DNA of 63,686 nucleotides, filler included, from Licmophora abbreviata (Eukaryota): assembly GCA_900291995.1 (NCBI GenBank). It is 5 parts of 5 records of this genome, joined end to end, with 100 filler letters (N's around TTAATTAATTAA, not from the genome) between each part and the next. Parts side by side here need not be neighbours in the genome. Positions count along the whole stretch, not along the records: positions 1 to 23,001 come from OLMU01000388.1; 4 more parts are not named here. One strand, 5' to 3'. The translations under genes were made by a program, and so were the position numbers. The notes under the pieces are model-generated. The model was not told where the DNA came from and made no database searches. It worked only from the letters and a program-made list of their open reading frames with translations. Each line of letters begins with the position of its first letter. Positions within the stretch are counted from its first letter, which is position 1. Positions 1 to 9,927 of this stretch are shown piece by piece.

Positions 1-1127
1 GTCGATCAGCTCACAACAGACATTTTCTACCACCGGTGGGATCGACGTCATTGGGGACGCAAAGTTAGCTAAGAAAGCTTGCAGCGAAACTCTGTCGATC
101 TGGAGCGGCAGAATCGTGACACACCGAGTTTTCAAACGCCTTGGTACGTACAGAGAACACTATCTTCGGCGCGTGCTCGATTGATCTTGCGCGTCTGATG
201 ACCTCGGTTTCCTTTTTTCATTGCCCATGCACAGTCACTGCTTCCATTCTCATCAACTCTGTTCTACTGGGGCTGGCTACCTTCGAGTTCATCTCAGAGG
301 ACCCTTTCTGGAAAACTCTATTTCATGGTACATCCATGCTATTTCTCGTTCTCGCGACCCTTGAATTCGCCCTGCAATTATCTTATCATCAGTTGAATAT
401 TCTGCGAGAAGGCTGGCTCTTGTTCGATCTCTCTGTTGTCGTAGCAGCATGGTTTCGCCCGTCTATGCTAGTCATCCGAACGTTCCGAGTCCTACGGACA
501 CTCCGACTCGCGACAAGCATACAAGAGCTGTCCAATCTGGCAAGAGCCTCTCTCAAGGTTATTCCGAAAATCTTCGTCATTGGCTTCCTCTTGTCCATTC
601 TATTCTATATTTCCGCCATTGTCTTTACAGACCTCTTTGGGGATCTTTACAAGGAAGGTCATACAAGCGAGGACTATTTCTCGCGTTTGGACATTTCGTG
701 GTTTTCGCTCTTTCAAATCATGACGCTGGACCAGTGGGGCGACATCTGTAGGGAAGTTATGAACGTCTATCCATGGGGATGGATTCCGTTTGTTGTCTTT
801 GTCACTTCAACCTCCTTTTTTGTTCTGAATCTCGTTATTGCTGTCGTATGCGAAGCTGTGTCGGCGGTCCATCAAGAAGAGCTTCTCAAAGACCCTGGCG
901 ACAAACACAGCGACGTTGGGACGGTTGAGGGACCTATTAGCAAGCATGATCTTGTTCGTTTGGAGAGTAAGATTGATGAGCTGACGAGTACGATTGAAGT
1001 TCTGCTTCGGATGCAAATGGCCAAAGAGCAGTCTACGCATAGCGACGTGGTGTCATCGTCTTCGCCACACACATCCGTGCACAGCAATCGAGGTGACCAG
1101 CAACTACACGACTACACCTTGTCGTGA
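1..1127 (+). CDS. Single-domain (6-TM) voltage-gated Na+/Ca2+ channel, EukCatA/BacNav-like; 5'-truncated by window edge; intron 144-234
   Basis: Open frame from nt 2 (...WSGRIVTHRVFKRL), donor GTACGT at 144 and acceptor CACAG at 234 join in frame to the 141..1127 ORF. S4 is RTFRVLRTLR, pore is FQIMTLDQWGD, S6 is NLVIAVVCEAV, followed by a C-terminal coiled coil. Confidence 0.88.
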
Positions 1128-1201
1128 AACTTAGATCATATGCCATCAACGACTGCTCCATTCGTAGAAGTAGTTTTTCAATACTTAGTATACAAAGCGG
1201 T

Positions 1202-2347
1202 CTATTCAATTCGCGACGCTACCCCATAAGCTGCTTTCTTCTCTTTCGGGGATAGACTTTCCAAGTAGTGCGTGAGACACTCCAACGTTTGCATTGTCTG
1301 GTTCTGCATCTTTGTTAGTTCGTCCACTTCACATTCGAGACTCTGCAGTTGGTCCTTGACATCTGGAGGTACTAGTTCCGTCTCAACACTCTCTTCTCCT
1401 TCGTGATACATCCCATACACCTTGGCTTTCTCATCCGCGTGCAGAGTGGAAATGGCATCGCAAATAACGGCAATGATCAAGTTGATGACAATAAAGCCCG
1501 AAATGATAACAAAGACGATGAAGGGTAGCCAAGCCCACGAGTAGGTGACCTGGATATCGCGACATACTCCGGCCCAAGCATCGAGTGTCATGACTTGAAA
1601 TAATGTAAAAAAGGAGTGGTCGAGTCGAGTGAAATAGTTTTCTTCCGTCAGACCATCTGGATACAGGTCGCCAAAGAGTTGTGTCATCATTACACCGAAG
1701 ATGTAGAAGATCAGAAATAGCAAAAAGAAAATCGCTCCCATCCTCGGCATCACGCCAAACAGCGCGGTGACCAAATTCTTGAGAACTCTGATTCTTGTAA
1801 CGAGCCGCAGTGCCCGAAAGATGCGAAAGGCACGGATGATTTGAATCTCTTGGAAGGACCAGGACAGAACGATAATGGCAAAGTCAAAAACGAGCCACCC
1901 GTCAAGGAACAAGCGCAATCCGTGATAGATGAGCTGCATTGTCAGCTCGACTGTAAAGATGATGAGAAAGATAAGATCAACAAGCTCGAACTTGTCTTGC
2001 ACTTCTGGATCATCCGTGACAAAGTCAAATGTAGCAATCCCGAGCATAATCGCATTAGCTGCAATAGGTAGAACGATAAATATCTGGACGCGCGTGTCGT
2101 TGACGATCTTCCCGTTCAAGTTTCGAAAGTCTTGAATGGAGGATTTCCATGATTTTTTCTTGACGCTCTCTTTTTCCTCATCCGAAACTGTGGAAGATCT
2201 CTCGGCTTGAGGCGTGTCAATCAGATCGTCATCTTCGCTGCCTCCGCGCTGACCAGGCTCTTCCTCGGAACCGGGGGGAGTATTCGGAGCGGTAGTCTCG
2301 TCGTGCTTATCTTGGGAAGGAAACAGAAAGTCTAGGATTGATGCCAT
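1202..2347 (-). CDS. Single-domain voltage-gated Na+/Ca2+ channel, EukCatA-like
   Basis: Six hydrophobic segments; S4 RAFRIFRALRLVTRIR; pore FQVMTLDAWAG; S6 NLIIAVICDAI; C-terminal coiled coil. First ATG at 2347; no intron needed. Confidence 0.92.
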   Translation of the reverse strand: MASILDFLFPSQDKHDETTAPNTPPGSEEEPGQRGGSEDDDLIDTPQAERSSTVSDEEKESVKKKSWKSSIQDFRNLNGKIVNDTRVQIFIVLPIAANAIMLGIATFDFVTDDPEVQDKFELVDLIFLIIFTVELTMQLIYHGLRLFLDGWLVFDFAIIVLSWSFQEIQIIRAFRIFRALRLVTRIRVLKNLVTALFGVMPRMGAIFFLLFLIFYIFGVMMTQLFGDLYPDGLTEENYFTRLDHSFFTLFQVMTLDAWAGVCRDIQVTYSWAWLPFIVFVIISGFIVINLIIAVICDAISTLHADEKAKVYGMYHEGEESVETELVPPDVKDQLQSLECEVDELTKMQNQTMQTLECLTHYLESLSPKEKKAAYGVASRIE

Positions 2348-2746
2348 TTCTCTCAGTTCTGTCAAGGTTAATGTCTTTCACAAAACGAGAGGCATCTACC
2401 GCGAACGTATCAACAGATGAATTCAGACCGGTGGGCGGGACAGAGACAAGGCAATCGTCGACGAGCATGGGAAAACTAACGGTCGACTGCCATGGGCAAT
2501 AACATAGGTACCGGTTTTAGTGCAGCACAATCGGCGAGCACAAGATCGTTTTTAGTTTTTACGGTGATTCTAAAGGAATCCGGAATGTTCTTCTCTCTGA
2601 AAAGGAAGTTCTCCAAAAGTCAAAAGTGTCATACGCACTTTCGAGCGCGCGAAAGGCATCGGCAGCAAAATCAGCGACCACACTGAACACACAGCGACTC
2701 ACCCACAAGTTGACTCCTTTCCGAGTTCACCTCTAGTTTGGTCGCT

Positions 2747-3424
2747 ATGATGATGAAGACGGTCGTTCTCCTCGCCATGACCGCTTTATCGGTGGTCGAT
2801 TCATTCACCCCCATCGTCCCGAGCAGTATGAGAAGCCCGACTGTAATTTTCTCCGTGGATTCGCAAAACGCAAAATCCGTGTCTGGCGAAGAATTGGAGG
2901 TGATGATGGAGGACTGGGATACACCGCTTGTCGTCGATGCTTATGCAACCTGGTGAGTGCACTTCTGGCAAGTTCCCTGGAAGAGTTTTGATGACAATCA
3001 AGTAGAGGGAGTGGCTTGAAACTGGAATTGGAACTTTCTCGGGGCAATCGGCTAAACGGCGATGCGATGGGGTGGTTGTTGCAGGTGTCTCACGGTCTTT
3101 TTCTGTTCAATTTCCATTTTCACCGGTAGGTGCGGACCCTGCTTACTGATGGCTCCCGAGTTTGAATCCGCAGCCAAACAGCTAGATGGAAAAGTCCGAT
3201 TCGCAAAACTTGACACGGACAAGAATGAAATGATGGCGGCGAGATTGAACATTCAGGGACTTCCGACACTTCTGTTTCTCGACAAATTCGAACCCAAGGA
3301 AGGGGAAGATAACGCAAAGGCAAAGGCTGTCTTGAAAGGAAGGATTGAAGGTGCCATGCGTAAGGACACCATTGTCGAGCTTTGCGACTTTTATTTTTTC
3401 GGTGGACCAGAGCCGCAATTGTAG
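2747..3424 (+). CDS. Plastid-targeted thioredoxin, Trx z/CITRX-like (exons ~2747-2952, 3130-3424)
   Basis: Splicing TG|GTGAGT...TAG|G restores PLVVDAYATWCGPCLLMAPEF; cis-Pro motif GLPTL; signal peptide ending DS-F. Start could be any of three adjacent ATGs. Confidence 0.85.
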
Positions 3425-3722
3425 TTAACAAGTATGCTGGTCTTTGTGTTGGGGATTGACATCTGGATTTGCATGGGCAAGTTAGGAGAGACTGCGGTCT
3501 TTTCATCTAAGAACAGGCGTCAGGCTGATGGCCGTGTTTGTGTTCTCTAGTATTGTTTCTATCTTCTTGTTTGGTCGCGGATTGCACGTTCTGTCTATAA
3601 CTCGTTAGAACTCTATTTAGTGTATTCTGCAATCCTGTCGATCACCGCGGTATTAAAAAATAATCACTTCAATCATCTAAAAACATACGTACACACTGTT
3701 GATTGTCTCAACAATTCGAAGC

Positions 3723-5475
3723 TTACCCAGGAGAAATGCTGGAGAGTTGACGACGCAACTCCTTGATCTCTCCGTGAGCCTTGCTCAATTCTTCCTTCAG
3801 CATCGCTTCCTTCGACACGGCGGGGATTGTGCTGCCTTCACTTTCCAGATCAGAGTCACTCTCCTGGTGTCGGTGCGGCACAACAGTCACCGTCTTCTCA
3901 ACGGTCTCCGGGATAGAACCATAGTCATACTCGTGTAGAGGGCAGCAGCAAACAAAGTTGGGCGAGGGTACACGGTATTCATTACCAGTGTATTTGATCT
4001 CGCCGCTGCTTAGATTGAACGTAAAGATAGCAATCGAGTCGCTGTCCTGGTTGGCGACAATGAGATACTGGCCCGAACCATCAAACTGAAAATGACGGGG
4101 AGTCTCGCCTCGAGTATGAAAGTATCCTGTAGAGCGAAGCTGGCCCTTCTTGGGGCCCTTGGAGCGCACGCGAAAGATTGCAATGGACTCGTGACCACGG
4201 TTTGACACAATCACAAACTGACCAGACTTGTGAACACAAATACGTCCACACGTGTTCATCTTCGCGGGGAATGCACTGGGAACCGTACTGATGGACTGGA
4301 TCAGCTTTAGGGTAGAGCGTCCCTTGAATTGTTCCATCGGCTCCTTCTTCCTGGCAGCAGCGGCAATCTCGTTGATGAGGGCCCGATCCACGGCAAAGAC
4401 AGCAATCTTTGTAATAATAAAGAAAGCACAAAGTTGAGTCAGAAGACGAGAAACCATGTGAAAGAACCTCATGCAGTGTTGTATATGAAAATAAGCGTAC
4501 CGTAGAGCTGAGTTCGTTCACCACGTACGCAATATTGTAGGTGGGATGAAACTCAAAGTAGCGGGGGCCATCCGGCATGCCCGAGCACAAGCCACTTGGG
4601 AGAATGTTGAGTTCCATACTAATGGACGCCTCAGAGAGGTCATAATAGAACTCTCGCACCAAGTCTTTTCCCAAGTCGGGAACGTAAGCCACGCACCCCA
4701 TGTAGGGGTCTAGCACTAGTGCGTGAGAGTGCGGGTCGGCTTGTCGCATGCGAATGGTCGACTCGTCGTTGCAGGAATGGTTGACACCACCATTCTTGCG
4801 AGCAGCAGCAACCATTTCTTTTCCTTCGTTGGGGTCGTACATGTTGATGATGGGACCAGTGAACTCTCCAGTCTCTGGAGAAATGGGTACGACAGCAAGA
4901 GTCGAGTCCCAATAGTTGACAGCGAGAATGTTCGATTGAGAGCTGTCAATCGTAAGGTAGCAGGTAGATGTTCCTCCAGCATCGACTTGGCCCATGGGAG
5001 TGAGTTCCCCGTTAGAGGCCACCTTGTAGGCAAAGATCTGTCCGTTGTCTTCGATATCTTCGGAGCAGGTGTACACAACGTTCAAGCGAGGGTGGAATCG
5101 CGAGAAGGCGGGGTTCAGGACGTCACTTGGATCGCCAAAGATGTTCAAGAGAACAAGAGAGCCGTCGCTGGGGTGGAATCGGTAGACATAGATGGAGTGG
5201 GGTGCTTCCGTTCCTCGCGGGCCATGGGCTAAGGGGACGAAAGGCAGGAAGAGTTAGTCTTGAATGTCAAGGTGTCACGACCGCGACTGGACTTCAACTT
5301 TGAGAAAAGACGTCAACTTACCGAGTTTCTCAAAATCACTGTAGCTTGTAATCACCAGAAGCTGGTCCGAGCCAGACTCAGTATCATCCTCCCATTGTAG
5401 ACTGTCTACAGTGGAGTAGGCCCCCTCTGTAAGAGAGGACGAGGTTCGCCGCTCTTGAAAGTATCGTGTTGTCAT
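3723..5475 (-). CDS. Lactonase / 6-phosphogluconolactonase (Pgl/YbhE)-family 7-bladed beta-propeller with C-terminal coiled coil (exons 5475-5322, 5228-4501, 4406-3723)
   Basis: Motifs VNYW, PHSHA, VPDLGKD, GPRY, YVVNELSST, VSNRGHESI, GETPRHF, VANQDSD. Two GT-AG introns join the three ORF pieces in frame. Confidence 0.85.
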
Positions 5476-5924
5476 CACCGTGAAAGTTCTTCCTCTCTTT
5501 TTGTGTCAACCATCGCGTGACGGTTGTCTTCACAATTTCGAGAATGATCCGCCAAAGGTGTCACGTAGAATCTCAGTAGAGTTTTGCGTAGATCTCTGTC
5601 AGCAGAACGGCACCTTGCGGGTCTTTTCGTTGTCGTAGAGCCCTCCGTGGAGGCCAGTACTAATTTCCTTGTCATCAGAACGCAGACAGATGGTCGAAGA
5701 ATCGAAGAATGCCGCGAACGCCGAGTGGGAATACCATCTGGCATACAACACGCATATCAGTAGATTTCCTACGATAACTCTTCTTCGTTGTTTCGCATCG
5801 AAAATTCCCTCATCAAAGATTCCGTTAGGATAATATTGATGACTTTCCATAAGTAAACATCGTCACGATGTTTCTGAAAGATATGTCACAAGTCATTTCT
5901 CTGCACCTCCAAATCGAGTGTTCG

Positions 5925-5948
5925 TCGTTGATTCGTTGATTCGTTGAT
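5925..5948. repeat. (TCGTTGAT)x3 short tandem repeat in the divergent intergenic region
   Basis: Read directly; about 60 nt upstream of the SDR ATG. Confidence 0.8.
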
Positions 5949-6007
5949 TCGATTCATTCACCACACGCACACAACCAAACCGCGACGACGACATCAGAGA
6001 CGAGACC

Positions 6008-7115
6008 ATGTCAGACGATCAGAGGTTCCGAGGAAAGAACATTGTGATCACGGGCGCCGGAGGAAACTTTGGGAGAGAGGGATGTCTCTTTTTTGCCCGA
6101 CGAGGCGCCAATGTCGCGGCCCTCGACAAGAATGCCGATACCGTGCAAGAAACGGTCGACTACATCAAGTCCGAGGTAGGGGGGAATGCAACAATCCTCC
6201 CATTCGATTGCGACGTGACCAATGCTGCTGCAGTGCAGTCGACTGTTCTTGAAATCACCGAAAAACTCGGTAGTATCGAATTGCTTTGGAATAATGCCGG
6301 CTACCAGGGCCACATCAAGCCAACGCTTGAATACGACCCGTCCGACTTTGCCCTTGTAATGAATATCAATGTCACGGGAATGTTTATAGTGTTGCAGGCA
6401 GTGGCAAAACAGATGGAAAAGCAGAAATTGGGCGGATCGATTGTGAACACGGCAAGCGTTGCGGGCATACGAGGTGAGTGGATCCTACCTTTCCTCATGT
6501 AGCGACTGTACACTGTGAGCTGTGAGAACAGTTTGTTGTTTGATGGTGAGAATGCCAACATGATATTGTCTCGATGTTCACTACTCTTCTCAAGGGACGC
6601 CCGCTATGGTAGCCTACGCATCAAGCAAAGCTGCCGTCCTGGCCATGACCGTCAGTACCGCAAAGGTGAGTTCTTTGAAGGCTGCTAGTTCTCGACCGTC
6701 ATGATTTCATCTGACGAACATGCGCTTCTTTGCGATGAAGGACCTTGCACCGTACAATATCCGCGTCAACGCCATCAGTCCTGCTCTCATTGGGCCGGGC
6801 TACATGTGGACGCGACAAAATGAACTTCATGCGCAGTCCGGATCGCCTTACTTTGCCACAGACCCTGAGGTTGTGGCACAGGGCAAGATCAACAGGTGAG
6901 TTTTTCTACTTGCTGATTGTCTCTGTGGTGTCCAGGAAAGTTTGTTTCGTTTGCTGAACCTCAAATCCCGTATTGATAGCGTCCCGATGAAACGACTTGG
7001 ATCGATAGAGGAGGTACTCAAATCGGTCGCGTTCCTTCTCAGTGATGACTCGAGTTACACGACGGCCACCAACCTCGTTGTAGATGGTGGGATGAGCGGG
7101 GGACTTAAAGCCTAA
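6008..7115 (+). CDS. NAD-dependent short-chain dehydrogenase, xylitol/polyol dehydrogenase-like (4 exons: 6008-6473, 6595-6665, 6741-6895, 6980-7115)
   Basis: TGAGGNFG, acidic LD after beta-2 (NAD preference), NNAGYQG, NTAS, YASSK, DLAPYNIRVNAISP, VPMKRLG. Three GT-AG introns keep frame. Confidence 0.88.
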
Positions 7116-7487
7116 AAAATCCTCGTGCGAAGCGTGCGTGCCTCACTGTAAGTGGATGCAATGCGCTAGTAGAGAGAAGCTAAGAACAAAGTGGGTAAGG
7201 TCTCAAACCGGCGACCGTGTTACAACTTGAAACTGGTATTATGTCTTGCCTTGTTCTACTCGTATCATAGTTGCAGACGGCCAACTGCAACATTGGGGCG
7301 CCGGTCCGACACCCTTCTATTGCGAGCCGGGCCGGTCGTTCTGTGTGCTCAACGTTCCGCGCGCAACTCACGAAATATCTCCAGCTGTGATGAAGGCGCA
7401 TCACTTTTCTTTCATGAAGAAGGATACTCTGTGAGGTTTGTGGGGCTACACTTTTGATGAGAATAATCACTCTGTGAGCCTGCCACC

Positions 7488-9531
7488 ATGGTCGGAAAAG
7501 TTGATGTGGACCCCGAGGCGGGGAACAACGACCAGCTTCCGAATGTTGAGGATCTTCGTGTGGACCATGCCGCTGGAGGTGCGCCGATACGGAGCCGTCC
7601 GCGAAGAAAAACCACTCTGATCGTCGTCGCAGCAGTGGTGTCGATTCTCGCACTCGGGCTTGCAATAGGACTCCCCTTGCGGAATGATGAGGATAGTAGG
7701 ACTATGCCCTTCAGCGGCGATCCGATCCCGCGGGGGTCGCGCATGGCAGAAGTAGTCCACTTCCTAGTGGAAGCAGGCATTTCGAACGAATCTACTCTAC
7801 GGACAGCGAACTCTCCTCAATGACGCGGGGCCATGTTCATGGCAGACCTGGATCGCCTACCACGAGCCATACCGCAGTCATCTGATAATGAGAACGCTTT
7901 CATGTTCATCCAACGCTATGCTCTTTCTGTTCTCTTCTACTCTCTAAGTGGACCTTTCTGGAGAAGCAGCCTACGTTTCTTGACGCCTGGGTGGGAATGC
8001 TACGACTGGTTCCAGACTGTCGTCTTCAGCGATGGCAGTCGAACAAACTATGGAGTGTTCTGTGACAAAAGTGGAGAGGTTGTGGCAGTGAAAGTCCGTA
8101 AGTCACTGATTCCATCGGAAGCTCCTTGATATCTGCCTGTCGCTCCCACCTTCCTAACCTCGTTGTTGTCATGTCCCGCAGCACGCTGGGGAGCCGCGGG
8201 TCAGATCCCACCCGAGATCGGAGCTCTTTCTAAACTCCAGTACTTAAATCTACGGTCCAATGTACAGATTGACGGTGCTCTACCCTTGAGCATGTCAGAG
8301 CTCACGGATCTTGACTATCTTGCTTTGCACTACAACGACCTCAGCGGTCCGTTGCCTGACTGGATCGGAAACCTCACCAAGTTGGAAGTTTTGGCTCTCA
8401 GTAACAACGCCTTCACAGGCACGATCCCACTGTCATGGACACAACTCTCCAATATGCAAACACTGGCGCTCGACGACAATCTCTTGTGGGGGGATATCTA
8501 TCCTTTGGAGAATCTGACCGAGATGACATATTTGTACCTGGAAGACAACGAGTTTCAGCATGATCTGGGCAACGACATTGATTTGTCGGGCATGCGTAAA
8601 CTCGTTCATATCGACCTGAGTGACAATCTCTTCTTTGGAAGCATCCCAGCCTACTTGTTTGCGCTGGATACTTTGGAGGTGGTAGACCTGAGCTCGAACC
8701 AATTTATCGGGCATCTCCCAGACGCATTCTCGGATCAAAGTGCCATGGAGCATTTGTTCCTATACAACAACACCATTGATGGCCAGATCCCAGACTCCAT
8801 TGCGAATCCACCGAATTTGACTCACCTCGACTTGAGTATGAACAATTTCGTCGGGGACATGCCGGAGAATATTGGAAACGCAACGAAATTGACATACCTG
8901 TTCTTGGCACAGAACGATTTTACCCCAGGACCGATCCCACCCTTCGTGTTGGGACTGACTGCACTGAGTGACTTGTCTCTCAAGGCTACACAGAGAACTG
9001 GGCCGATTCCAGACGATATAGGCGATCTTGACGAACTGATTCTTCTCGATCTTGATCGCAACGCGTTAGATGGGAAGCTACCAACCCGGCTTGGAGACAT
9101 GAGCAGGCTGGAGCTTTTGTTGTTGAATCGGAACCAGTTTACCGGTTTGATTCCGACGGAAATGGCGAAACTTTCTAGGCTCGGTACGTTTGATTAAGAG
9201 TGGTTGGTTTCTGGTAGAAACGTTCTTGTGATGCAAGCTTACCGACTGTTGCATCACACAACATTCAGAGTTGGTGCTACTAGACAACAATACGTTCACA
9301 GGCTCCACTGCAGAGTTGTGTCCTCGTTGGGAACCTCGCATCCAGCACTTCATCGCAGACTGTGGTAGAGACTCTCCCGAGCTCGATTGCGAGTGTTGTA
9401 CATTGTGTTGCACTGACGACGGCATGGCATGCAACGATGAAGATCTTCTGGCGGAATTCAATCCTATATGGGAGGCCGGCTATCAACGACGAGACTACGT
9501 CTTTAGCGACAACATCACGATTGAAGACTGA
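7488..9531 (+). CDS. Type II membrane leucine-rich-repeat protein, copy 1; in-frame TGA at 7821-7823 (possible pseudogene or sequence error); introns 8098-8181 and 9185-9268
   Basis: N-terminal tail, TM (LIVVAAVVSILALGLAIGL), SPQ..A..D / QRYAL..LFY juxtamembrane block, LxLxxNxxxGxIP repeats, ADC..C.CCT.CC cap. Confidence 0.8.
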
Positions 9532-9927
9532 TGAGAGCGGTAAATACTGGTGTATATATCATGTATATGAAATGAAAGCTTAGTGTGATGATAACACCTT
9601 TCTCTACTAGATGTTCCGAGTGTGCAATGTGATGAGAGTGTGTGATGGCAATTGGTCGTCCCTCAACTTGGAAACGTCGCCCCGCGCATGCCCGGCGCGT
9701 TCAACGGATGGATTGACAGAGGTGAGTCGTACAATTCTACGGCATTCTACGTGGCTACTCCACGAAGTTCAATCAGATCCTGCGAAATTCACACACGAAT
9801 GCTCGACATCCACAACAATGCTCCAGCATCATTCCAGTTGTTCACAGCGCTGTTTGTCGTCCTTGTTGTGAATCAATCCATCGAAAGTGCCTTTTTTCTT
9901 GAACAAGACTTATACTACTACAAAACT

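Noticed and set aside
7821..7823. Selenocysteine or genetic-code reassignment for the in-frame TGA
   Set aside because: TGA ends other genes here normally (e.g. 1127, 12055, 53037), and the site is not a redox motif.
9652..9927. N-terminal extension of LRR copy 2
   Set aside because: TTG start; comparison with copy 1 supports ATG 9928.
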